From assembly GCA_965655095.1 (NCBI GenBank), contig OZ296657.1, positions 90,768,001-90,832,000 of the forward strand: a stretch of DNA of 64,000 bases, written 5' to 3'. Shown piece after piece: positions 27,734 to 38,864 of the stretch. Source of the stretch: Haplodiscus bocki (Eukaryota). Under the pieces are notes generated by a model, which searched no databases, was not told the DNA's origin, and saw only the letters and a list, made by a program, of their open reading frames with translations. Both the position numbers and the translations under genes were made by a program. How positions within the stretch are numbered: position 1 is the first letter of the stretch; the number at the start of each line of letters is the position of its first letter.

Positions 27734-30700
27734 AGCCACGCCAGTATGATATTGCACCATAGGAAGCACAAGCGACTCAGGACAATGGAATAACAGCATG
27801 TATATCACTGGAAGGAGACCTCCTTTCATATGTCCCCTTGAAATTCTCAACCAACCATTAGAGAAAAGCCCTAATTGATACTGGTGCCTGTGCAAATGCA
27901 ATTAGTGAGAAGAACTACCAGGAACTAAAACCATTTGGAACTCCACTCCCACCACCTTCAGAGGTAAATAAAGTCAAATTAGCTTCAGGACAACTTATAC
28001 CTGTGCGTGGCCAAATTGAATTGACATTTTCCATAGCAAAACACCCGTTCAAAGAAAAATTTTTAGTCTTGCCTAATACAAATAGTATTATACTGGGAAA
28101 TCCGTTCTTCAAAAACAACTCCATTGAACTGTACCCTAAAGAAAACCTCATGAAACTCCCAGACATCACACTTCAGTTAAACGAAATACAGCCAAATCCA
28201 AAAGAAAAACAAACCAAACCACAATATACAGTGAGAACATAGGAAAAAATAACGATTGCCCCAAACCAACAAACAACGCTTAAATGTGGTCTAATATCAA
28301 AGAGGATATTCACGGACGTCTGTGGAATAGTGGAACCAAAATTGAGTTTTGAAGACAAGACGGGACTGTGCATCACATCAGCTTTATCTAGAACAGACCC
28401 CAATGGATATTTGTATCTTTCCGCTTTGAAATAATGAAATCACAATACCACGAAATTCGGATATTGCGTTCTTTAAATTCCTTTCACCACAACAAGCCGA
28501 AACGTTAACCCCAATTGACCCCCAACTACTAACGTTAGTAAAATCTGTAAACCCAGATGACTTCGTCAAGGGAATAAACCAGTTAATTATTGATGAAGAA
28601 TTCACCTCAGACTCTCAACCACCCAGACCCAAACCGGAATATAAAAAATTTTGGATCCGAACGCCGGAAACCTGCAAACACCCAGAACGACTGCAGGGAG
28701 TTGAGAAACGAATATATGACGAGTTATCAAAACTCCAAGAATTGGATCAAATTGACCCGCAAACTAATCGAAGCTATCGAAAGAAATTCCTACAAAGATT
28801 CGAATGGAAAGACTCAGTACTTAATGAGGCACAGAAGCAACAGGTTGAAGAACTGTTAGTTGAATTTTCCGATATCTTCGCAGAACATAGATTCGATGTT
28901 GGCTATAACTCCGAAATTACTATGAAACTTACACCTGAACATGACCAACCGGTCTATACACAGAGTCCCCCAACACCTATCCACCTACGTGAAGAAGTGC
29001 AAGTTGAACTTGCTGTACTTCAATACTTTGGGATAATAACAAGCCTCAACCATTCGAAGTATAGTAGCCCAATCTTTGCTCATCGTAAAACTAATGGAGA
29101 ACTCAGAATTTTAGTTGATTTACGCCGAATAAATCATCTGCTCCTCCATGACTATCACAATAACAACTTCCCTATATCCACAATGGCCGACACGACAGCT
29201 CACTTCGCAGGGAAGCCACTATTCTACAAGCTTGATCGTTCTCAAGCATACCACTGTGTACAAATGGCAGACCCACTTTCAGTACAATTACTTGCCTTCA
29301 ATTTTGCTTCAATGACCATGGCCTACCAACGATTAGCTAGAGGATTAAATAGAGCAGTAACAGGATTCAGTGCATTTGTACGCAACTACTTGGAACCATG
29401 CCTCTCTGCTAATATCTGCACCCAATTCATGGACGACATTGGATGTGGAGTAGACTCTCCAGCACAACTTCTTCCCTACCTCAGACAAATTTTTCAATGC
29501 CTCCGGAGATCAGGACTTAAGTTGTCACCAGAAAAATGTATTTTCGGATCTGAGCAAGTTAATTTTCTTGGTGGCAATGTTATCACTAAAGAAGGCAATA
29601 AACCCGAAAAAGAAAAGATTGAAAAATTCCTACGTACACTTGAGGTCCCAAAATCAGTAAAACAAGTGAAGCGACTAATTGGATTTCTTCAGTTCTTCAG
29701 GAACTTCATCCCGAATTTGAACGAGCATTTGATACCATTTTATAAACTTCTCCGTAAGAATGTCTCATTTGAACTTACAGAGGAAATACTAAACGCGTTT
29801 GATACCCTAAAAGAGAAATTACAAACGACAACAACCCAAACTCTCCGACTGGCCAAACCAGGCTTACAGTATTCAATCCTATGTGATGCCAGTTACCATT
29901 CCAGTGGTTTCGTGCTAATGACTGAAGACTACGTAAAGAACGAAAAAGGAGAATCAGTTAAATCATATGGCCCTGTCTCATTCGGCTCCAAAGTATTTAA
30001 CACGGCACAACTAAAAATGTCAATATATTGTAAAGAATTCCTATCGCTCTACTTTGCATTGGAGACCTTTTCACATTTTATTTGGGGAAGTGATAAACCA
30101 GTGCTGATATTAACGGACAACAAGAGCCTAACCCGTTTCTTCCAAGCAAAAACAATACCTCCATCACTTTGGAACTACGTAGACAGAGTAACTGCATTCA
30201 ACATAGTAGTTGCCCATATTCCAGGAAAAGCAAATGCAGCGGCAAATTTCCTGTCCCGTCTGCAACCTGACCCGAATGAAATAATTGAACTTACACTTAC
30301 CGATAGAATACCTATTAGAGGAATAGAAATAGATGTCCGAGCAAAATTGCCTGACAACACAATCAATGAACTCTTCGCAGATGATTTTCCGGACGAATTA
30401 CTACAAGTAGTAGACATCAATACTTTGATAACATTGAAGCAATCTGGAAATTACGAACAAACGTCACAACGACTGAAAGGTATTACTGAGCATAGTGCTG
30501 ATGTGAAGCTAAGTAAATACACAACTCACAAAGAAGAAATTAACGCAATCCAACTACCAAACCCAATGGATACCTACGAGGAACTTGAAATGACGATGGC
30601 TCAATTACAGAATGAACAACAAAACGACTAATTGTTGATAAAGGTGAAAAAGTGGAAAGCGGATGGAAACATGCCCCCCAACAACATATACTCGACGGGA

Positions 30701-32546
30701 GATGAACAAAAATATCTCAAACAAATGCCGAGACTACTAATGATAATGGAATCTTGAAACGTAGATACTATAACCACGATGGTACCACCCTCTTTAACCA
30801 ATTATGTGTGCCTAAACATAAGCTGAGAGAAAGATTGTATCGAATCCATAATTCACCAACGGGCAGACACCTGGGAATAACCAGAACAATTGCGGAATTT
30901 AGAAAAAGGTTCTACTGCCCAAATTACATTGAGAAGATTGGGGACTATATCAGAAACTGTTCCTCGTGCCTTCAGGTTAAACAAGTTCAGCAATCTAGAT
31001 TGAAACCACCACTACAAGAGATTACCACAACAACATCTCTTCCGGGAGACATATTACAAATAGACATTATGGGAGCATATCCTACGACACCTTACAAATA
31101 TATTCTGACAGCGATTGATGTTTTCTCCAAATACCTGTTTGCAGTACCGTTGATGACGGTGAGTGCTTCAACAGTAGCCTCAGCGCTAGTTTCCATAATG
31201 TTCAACCACAGCTATAACCCAAAAGAAATAATGTCGGGTTTGGGAACCCAGTTTGTCTCAGAAATTTTACACGAACTTACAAAACTACTGGAGATTAAAA
31301 TTTCACATGCTTCCCTGAAACATCCACAAACAATAGGGGTAGTAGAAAGATCACATGCAGCTTGGCCCGTATCTTGAGACTGAATAGCAATCAAGCTTTC
31401 ACGAATTGGCATAAATATGTATCATTGGCAGCTTTCATCCACAACACGTCATGCCACACCTCGATATGATGCTCACCTACAGTCCTATTTCACGGTAGAG
31501 AACCAATGAAACCCTTGGATTTGAGATTCTACAGCAATTGTATTCACAAATCGGCATTCAACTATGACATTGTGGAATCACTTAGAGATGAAATGCTAAA
31601 AAAGTTCTCGAATGCGAAAGAAAGCCTAGCAAAATCATTTGCTCGATACCGAAGATATTATGACCAAAAAGCAAGAGCAAACCCACTAAAAGAACGAACG
31701 TATTGCCTACTCTTGAATCCGAAATTGACTGAACAGTCTGCGTTCAGTCCAAAATTAATCCAAAAATGGTTAGCATTGTATCGTATCGAGAAAGTACTAA
31801 CAGACTCCAACTACTTGATTCGCAAAGTGGGAACAAATTTTACACAAATTGTCCACAGAATTAGAATAAGACCAATCACTCCACAATACCCCATTGACGA
31901 TATTGCAGATATTGGTCCAGAGAAATTTGAAACAGACCCACAGTTAGGCAAATACAGAGGTGAGCAGGACTACTTCGACAAAGGTCTTCCAACATTATTG
32001 GAAAACGAAAACAACCAAGTACCCACACCCACTACTACAAACTTTGATAGCCCAGTTAGAGTCTCTATCTCGTTCGGAACAACAGTACTGCCACCAGCCA
32101 TACCGCCAGCTCCAGCTATTGCAGCACCAGTAGTAGTACCACCCGAAAACCCAGGCCCCAACCCAACGGTAGCGCCTAGACGAGTTCTAACACCACATGA
32201 ACACCTTACAGCACAAATTCCAGACTCGTCGGAAGAATCAGATGAGTCCGTAGAACCGACCGGAGCGTTAAGGCGTTCAGAGAGAATACAAAATCAGAAC
32301 CAAAGTAGATACCAAGACTTTAGATTCTTCGAAGCAGCAGGAAAACAATTTAGGAAAATGCAATCAACCAAACGAACATCCCAGGGTGAAAGAAAAGAAG
32401 CTAGTAATTTTGTTGACCTCCTTAATAATCGCCGTAAGGAACGCCAGCAGATGCAATTTGTACAACGAACAGGCGCGCAACAAAGTGGATCCAACATGAA
32501 GAAACAACGTTTAGATTTCAATGCAATTGAAGATGACACACGGCGG

Positions 32547-32960
32547 AACATCCGAATTGTTACAGAAAACCTTTTTAGTAGAAATTACAGCATGGGACAC
32601 TGCGTTTCCTCTGACTTCCATATGGGAGCAGGAATAGCAGCAAAATTTAACCAACTTTACCCACAAATTAAACAAGAAGCATCAAAAAACCTTACGCCAG
32701 GATCAGTTTTTGCCTACCACGACAGAAATTCAAGACGTTGGATCTACAATTTGGTGACAAAATTCAAATTTTCCCATAAACCATTCTACGAATCGCTAAG
32801 AATGAGCCTCCAGTTGATGAGAAATCATGCTGAACACAACAGAGTCCACCATATTCGTCTACCGAAACTCGGATGTGGACTTGACAACCTCCAATGGCAA
32901 GTAGTGTACAAAATTTTGCGAGAAACTTTCCAACGCTCGACTGTGAATATAACAGTATGC
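32547..32960 (+). other. TARG1/OARD1 (Poa1p/DarG-like) macrodomain at the Pol C-terminus
   Basis: NLF..SMGHCVSSDFHMGAGIAAKF...IYNLVTK..SHKP.YESLRMSL..M..H....IRLPKLGCGLDNLQW..V..ILRETF....ITV, in frame within ORF 31506-33005. Confidence 0.92.
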
Positions 32961-33245
32961 TTCCCTCCTAAACTAGTTACTCCAATCTCTAAAACCAAAT
33001 ACTGACGCCATCGCAAAAACTAGCCAGAAAACAAGCAAAAAAAAGACAAATGAAAACTCAATATTTAACCAATTAGACTGAAATTTTCAAAGAAATTCTA
33101 ACACCTCTGCCCAAAAAACACACCGGAAAACCTACGGAATGAAAGTTTTCTACAAATGAAGATCAAGGACAGGCTTTTAGACAAGTGCACAAAGAAAATC
33201 TGCAGTGCAAAAATGACAAAGACAACACAAGCATCTTCACTACGA

Positions 33246-33523
33246 CAACTTATGCCACTGCGAACTTTAAAACACCATAGGACAACTTTTCAAACAAAAT
33301 AGCTCAACACGCAGCTCATAACCTCTACTACACGATAGGGTATATGCGAAAGCAGTACAGCACACCAGAGAACATTAGAAGAAAGATGAAACGAATAAAA
33401 TTTTCCAAAAGACACGACCTTCCCAACTTGTGCCACTGCGAATTTTAAAACGTCATCGGACAACTCTTCAAACGAAAAAGCTCAACACGCAGCCCACAAC
33501 CACTACGACACAACAGGGTATAA
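33246..33523 (+). repeat. Imperfect ~100 bp direct repeat (about 33246-33345 and 33424-33523) between pol and the JmjC ORF
   Basis: caactt.tgccactgcgaa.tttaaaac...gacaact.ttcaaac...agctcaacacgcagc...agggtata occurs twice. Confidence 0.8.
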
Positions 33524-33600
33524 ATGAAAAGCTCAGCTGCAGTAAATCTAAAGAAAATATAACTTTTACAATTCCTGACCTACTAGAACTTACGAAAAGA

Positions 33601-34462
33601 TCAGCATTTTAACACTGCGAACGAAAAAGAAAAAACTTGTAGCGACCAAAAAAAATGTCGCTGCACTCTACACCGGGATGTGAATCTCTTCTTAGTCACC
33701 CCAGACCGCTTGGTTCGTTTGCCTTGAACATTGCGCGACGATTGCGCACTGCAGCGATTGAGAGCCTTTGTTTCCAATACTTTGGCCTCCTCCTCACTGT
33801 GGCGAATGTTATGACTCAACAAACAGTTCCACCCATTATCCGCGGTCACACTTAACACAAAGTGAACTGTTCTGGCAGGGAAACAAATAGTATCACCGGG
33901 CTCCTGGAGACAATATAACAAATCTTTAAAGTGCCCGTATACCATATCCTCAATAAACTTGTAATTGGGTATTCTGCGACCTTTTCACTAGCAACGCTGC
34001 TGACTTTGACCCCAGAGTAGCGAAAATCCATAACTTGCGCCCTCTTAACAAAGAGGCTACAACTTCAGTAGGCGGTTTGTTATCTAAATGGAAACCGGTC
34101 AAGCAATTTCCAGTGGCAACTAATAAAACCGGATCAGCTACCATCTCCACAGGTGCAATGGCACTATTGAACCAACTATCTACATCGTTAACATTTTTGG
34201 TTGGCATTAAAGCTGTTAATAACTGGGTTGCAGGAAACTCTACATTACTCTGCTCTTCTCCCCAATTGGTGAATGATTCTTTCAGAATGTCCACATTGGT
34301 ACAATGGAGTGCTAACTCCTGCAGATGACAAAGCTTATAACCGCAAGCAAGACCACGAACCACTGTAACTTGGTCAAATTTCAAGGCATCGCTTGCGGAC
34401 GCCTCATCTACTAAAGTGCACGTGGACTGACATAACTCTAGAAGGAGATTCAATTGTTCCAT
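33601..34462 (-). pseudogene. JmjC-domain 2OG/Fe(II) dioxygenase, antisense cargo, one frameshift near 33950-34000
   Basis: TGFHLD (HxD), LRGRKLWIF, LQEPGDTICFPARTVHFVLS (distal His), basic C-terminal tail; first ATG at 34462. Confidence 0.85.
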
Positions 34463-34641
34463 TTTGAATCTAAAAAGGGCCGAAACAAGTAATAGAAATA
34501 GGCCAATCACACTTTGAGTATAAACCTTCAAAAACTCAGTGTAAACACACCAGTAAATTACATCTAAAAAACAAACCAATAAACAAAAAAAAATCTTCAA
34601 GTACACAGAAGTCTCAATGCATGAAGTTAAACAGTAGAGGA

Positions 34642-34899
34642 CTAATCTGACAAACAACGCCTCTTCAGGAGACAAATCAAGGCCACAAAAAGTGCCACCA
34701 CAAACGGGTTTACCAATGCAGAGATGGTAATGTACTCGATGCGATCGTTTCCTTGAGAAGCTTGTTCGACTGTACCCTCACATCGAGGATCAATAGTCGG
34801 AGAGAAACTGACCTTCTCGGAGTCAATGAGAACAGTTGTGCCCATTTCACAACACTCCAATACAATTTTGCTGGTTACGGAAACCTTGTTACAATCCAT
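34642..34899 (-). CDS. Hypothetical 85-aa antisense accessory protein with C-terminal hydrophobic anchor
   Basis: ATG at 34899 (MDCNK...); ends FVVALFVALICLLKRR; TATATAA on the minus strand at 35038-35044. Confidence 0.35.
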   Translation of the reverse strand: MDCNKVSVTSKIVLECCEMGTTVLIDSEKVSFSPTIDPRCEGTVEQASQGNDRIEYITISALVNPFVVALFVALICLLKRRCLSD

Positions 34900-35767
34900 T
34901 CTCTGAAATAACTCGCAAAAACCTTGAATTTGGGGTAATTTCAATATTTTCGTGCATCGAGATGAGGTAGTAGAAACCAAACGGATGGACAGCGATCTGA
35001 TAAATGGGAAAACAAACGACAGCGCCAAAATGAACTGTTATATATCAATACTACCTATAAATCCAAGATAGTTAAAATTGTACCAGCTACGACGAACGAA
35101 TATCAATGCCTAAAAATTATTATAATTAAAGTTGCAATAGATTGGAGCATAATTATAATCTGAGGCCTTGAACTCAGTTAGAAATCCAACCTTTTAGGTC
35201 ATTCAGATAACGACATAGCAATGGCGACAGATATTCTGGCAATAAAACAAAAGTGAACAAAAAGGCGCCATCCACGACTCTGGTAACAAAACAACTAAAT
35301 TAAACTGGAAATTACAAATTTCCGCGAGAATACATTCTAATGATGTCAGATTAATAAAATTCCGGTCGAAAATTGGTAAGTAATAAAATAACTTATCCTT
35401 AATAAAATTCTCTAATTGTTGCGGAAACTATTTGCCTGAATTTCATAACTCTCAATATCCACCTCAGCTCAATTTAACCAAGACGCCCACAAAACTGCTG
35501 AAAATTGGTTGAATCTACATTGGGTACCAACAACACCATTCCTTCTAAAACTTACTTGAGATTAGGCTGGTAGCAGAAATCACCCAAAACTTTTGCTCAG
35601 TACTAACCAACAACCTTAGAGGGGCACAATTTGTAATTCCTTCTCAACCCTCACGAACAAATAAACTTATCTTAACATCACCAGTCACTTCTAAACATTA
35701 AACAAATTCCAAAGCGCCTCAACTCATATTTGAAATGATGAAAATAACCCATAGTGATTAACTCACA

Positions 35768-36103
35768 ATGTCTGCATCAAACGGCCTCACAGTGAAAGTT
35801 ACATTACTTCCAACAAAAGCCATTTTCCCGCAACCTTTGAAATGGATTCCACCAGGACAGCTACAACCAATCTTCATTCATACCATTCAAACCCAACAAT
35901 ATGGATGTTGTGCACCCCTTTTTATTCAATTCACAACTGAAAATGATAGTACCTTAAGTATCATGGACATTGACGAGGAAACACCTGAATTTGAGGACCT
36001 CTTCTACTCACTCCGAAAACTAGTTAACACCATGAAAGGACAGCAGCAACTGACAGCCAAACTTATTGACATCTTGGACTACATGGAGATCGAGCTATCC
36101 TAG
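35768..36103 (+). CDS. Hypothetical 111-aa accessory ORF upstream of env
   Basis: ATG-initiated open frame (ACAATGT context), ending 51 bp before the env ATG; no family recognised. Confidence 0.45.
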   Translation: MSASNGLTVKVTLLPTKAIFPQPLKWIPPGQLQPIFIHTIQTQQYGCCAPLFIQFTTENDSTLSIMDIDEETPEFEDLFYSLRKLVNTMKGQQQLTAKLIDILDYMEIELS

Positions 36104-36154
36104 TAATGTTAGTACCAGAACCCTACGCTTAAAAACTCTAGACTTCTGCCCAAA

Positions 36155-38350
36155 ATGCTTTCCTTAATTCTTTTCATCCACATAGCTCAGGCTAATAGCC
36201 GCCAAGGCAGTTTGGACAAAGGCATTTTCTTCAATGAAGAAACAAAAATCCTCCTGGCAGAAAAATTTATCAACGTCCAATTTTTGGTCCCTTTCCCGCG
36301 CTTTGAAATGACCCATATATCGAGTGTTGATCAAATTGCACAGTCACTCCAAAATATGTGGCAGACTCCAACTTACTTCTATCTCAACTTCACAAACACA
36401 AGTGAGGTCGATTTCAAAATGGACTGGCTACTCAAAGAAACTACAAAGGAAATTTCCTTTGCACAAGCAGACCTGCTAAAAATCAAGAGTGATGTGGCAT
36501 CGTTCCTAAAGGGTAAGCAAAAAAACAAAAGGACACGGAAAAAACGAGCACTTCCGTTAGCAGCCGCAGCCGTAGGCGCAATAGGTTCATTCGGAGGCGG
36601 CATCATGTTTGGATCTGGAGATTGTGGGATTATGGGTATTTTTGGCTCATGTCAAGAAAAGGCAAAACAGAACGCACGGAATATTGAAAAACTGGCGAAT
36701 ACGCGATATCTTTGGGCCAAAATATTCAGCAGCTGGCAAACGCAACGGATGCCAAGTTTTTTCGAGTATCAAAGGAACTAGAGATGTTACATGGCATCCA
36801 AAGGCAAATCATAGACGCAAAACCAAAATTGGAGAGCAATTGAAAAACAGTTCGTTTTCCGACAAAACATCCACGAGATGAGAAATTGTGATCAACTACT
36901 CTATACAAGACAACAAGTGAACTTCAACTTTGATACCATCTCATCACTTCTGTCCTTGATATACAGTAATGTCAGGTCTTATAGAGCAGCACTGTATGCC
37001 TTTCAAATTAACATTATGAATGCAATACCCTCCGTACTCACCCAATATGTACCGATGTCCTTGTTACCGAAATAATCTCTGGAAATTATTCTCCAGCAGG
37101 TGGCCACAGAACAGCTACAATCACGTGACAGACTAACTTTGGCTATTCCATTGGACGAGCTTCTGGCGTATTATTAAGCGAGACTACTCCTAGACGTCCT
37201 AACACTAGACGATGGCTTGCTGATGACGATGTCAATTCCACTGGCATCCCGCCAAACCGTTTTTACGGTCTACAAAGCAATAGTAGTCCCCATGCCACAA
37301 TTGGAAAGAGTATGCAATCAGGTGGATTGTAGAAACGGAGTACATCGCAATATCTGAGGATCTCAGAGAGACAGCATTGGTCACACGAGATCAATTGGGA
37401 AAATGTATCGGCTCCAACAAATATAAGATTTGCCACGAATCGATGGCAACCGAAACATCAGATGCTTCATGCTTGGCAGTGCTCTCTATTTTGGAAACGT
37501 GATGGACGCAATTGAAGTTTGTGATACCGAAGCGGTGACACTCCCACTAAAGGAAAAAGCAACAAACTTAGGTTATGGGATACGGCTCATAACCTCAACC
37601 TCACCTAACTTCAATTTCCGTGAATCCTACATGAACGCAACAACGACAGCAGGATCCATAATGGTAGATGGCTGTCAGATATGTCTGGTTAGCCTAAGCT
37701 GTGGCAAACAGTTGATAGGCCCCAACGTAAGAATTAGATCTGACCTCAGCACCTGCATAAAGGTTCCACCACTGAAACTAAATGTAACACTGCCGGAACC
37801 AATGACTAGATTATTCAGCCTCATCCCAACAGTGGACCAGCTCCCTCACTATAATACACGCGTGGAAGCGAATATTCAATTGCTGAACTCACTGAAACTG
37901 GAATTACAATCCCAACCAGACCATTCATATCGCTCAGTCTTGAACTACATTGCACAACCAATTGCACAGAAACTTACAGCTCTAAAACCGTCCCTGGAGA
38001 AACAATTCGACAACTATCTGTCATGGAAAAATCACCTTGCAATTGGATTGGTAGTGTTTTTGGTTAGTGGAGCACTACACTTGGGTGTTACTTATGCATT
38101 ACACAGATACAAGAGGCTACATAAATTTATACCATTCTCCCATAAACTGGACAACCAGACGGTCCCATTAAAGCCAGTCATGATGGTGGAAGATCAACAT
38201 CTAGAAGGACTGGAGAACGATGAGAAATTTCCTTGGAGAAACCAAAGTTTGCTGATCCCTGAATCCCAACTAAGAGAAACGAGAAACCCTGAGCCCGATG
38301 CCCCAATATACTCACAACTCAACAGACAACTACGAACAGGGCAAATCTGA
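36155..38350 (+). pseudogene. env: Envelope glycoprotein, class I F-like fusion protein
   Basis: Signal peptide MLSLILFIHIAQA; furin site RKKR (36536-36547) followed by fusion peptide ALPLAAAAVGAIGSFGGG; heptad region; Cys-rich ectodomain; TM LAIGLVVFLVSGALHLGVTYAL; tail YSQL. Broken by frameshifts and stops. Confidence 0.88.
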
Positions 38351-38417
38351 AAGAAAATAAAACTACCCATCGGATCGACATGCTAATGAACATTTTAAAC
38401 CTACGAGTTAAATGATT

Positions 38418-38429
38418 AAAGTCGGGTAG
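38418..38429 (+). promoter_or_regulatory. Weak polypurine tract
   Basis: AAAGTCGGGTAG abuts the 3' LTR; purine-rich but imperfect. Confidence 0.4.
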
Positions 38430-38859
38430 TGTAATATTTTTTGAATATTAGTATGCAAATTTCATGTATCGGCGCTAATTGTAGATTAGAAAGAAATCTA
38501 TCAATTTAAAATGTGACCCTAAATTTAGATTGGAGCTATCTGTCTATAGTAATGAAAACCCAACCCCGGACCGGAGAATAGTAATATCCGGAACAATAAA
38601 AAGCAATAAAAAGTAAATTATAATTGACCCCCTCAATATCCGCATGAGTGATTTGATAAAAAATATATATAGGTTAACTTCCGCATAGAAAAAATATATA
38701 TATATATATACGAGAGAGAGAGAATTGGGCCCCTATTGAAGAGTTGTTTGTAAACGATTGACAATAAAATCTTTTCTAAAAAGTCTTCCTCACGCGCCGC
38801 TCTGAAGAAAGTTAAAACAAAAGAGATCTCAGGATTGGAAATCACCCAAAAATTTTACA
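38430..38859 (+). repeat. 3' LTR (430 bp)
   Basis: Roughly a dozen substitutions (counted by eye) plus microsatellite length differences relative to the 5' LTR. Confidence 0.96.
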
Positions 38860-38864
38860 CTGAG

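Larger units (their letters stand above)
27721..33005 (+). pseudogene. pol: Pol: aspartic protease, RT, RNase H, integrase, macrodomain
   Basis: LIDTGA; RT YSSPIF, LVDLRRIN, QFMDD; RNase H LCDAS, TDNKSL; integrase H..H/CSSC zinc finger, QIDIMG, IDVFSKY, VERSH. The second catalytic Asp appears as Gly (MSGLG). Several stops and frameshifts. Confidence 0.95.
26134..38859 (+). mobile_element. Full-length env-bearing Gypsy/Metaviridae LTR retroelement (12,726 bp) with macrodomain and JmjC cargo; this copy is disabled
   Basis: Paired LTRs, 5-bp TSD, gag with CCHC knuckle, PR-RT-RH-IN domain order, env. Confidence 0.96.

Noticed and set aside
28240-28500. dUTPase-like region between protease and RT
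   Set aside because: A beta-rich linker is present but no dUTPase catalytic motifs are recognisable.
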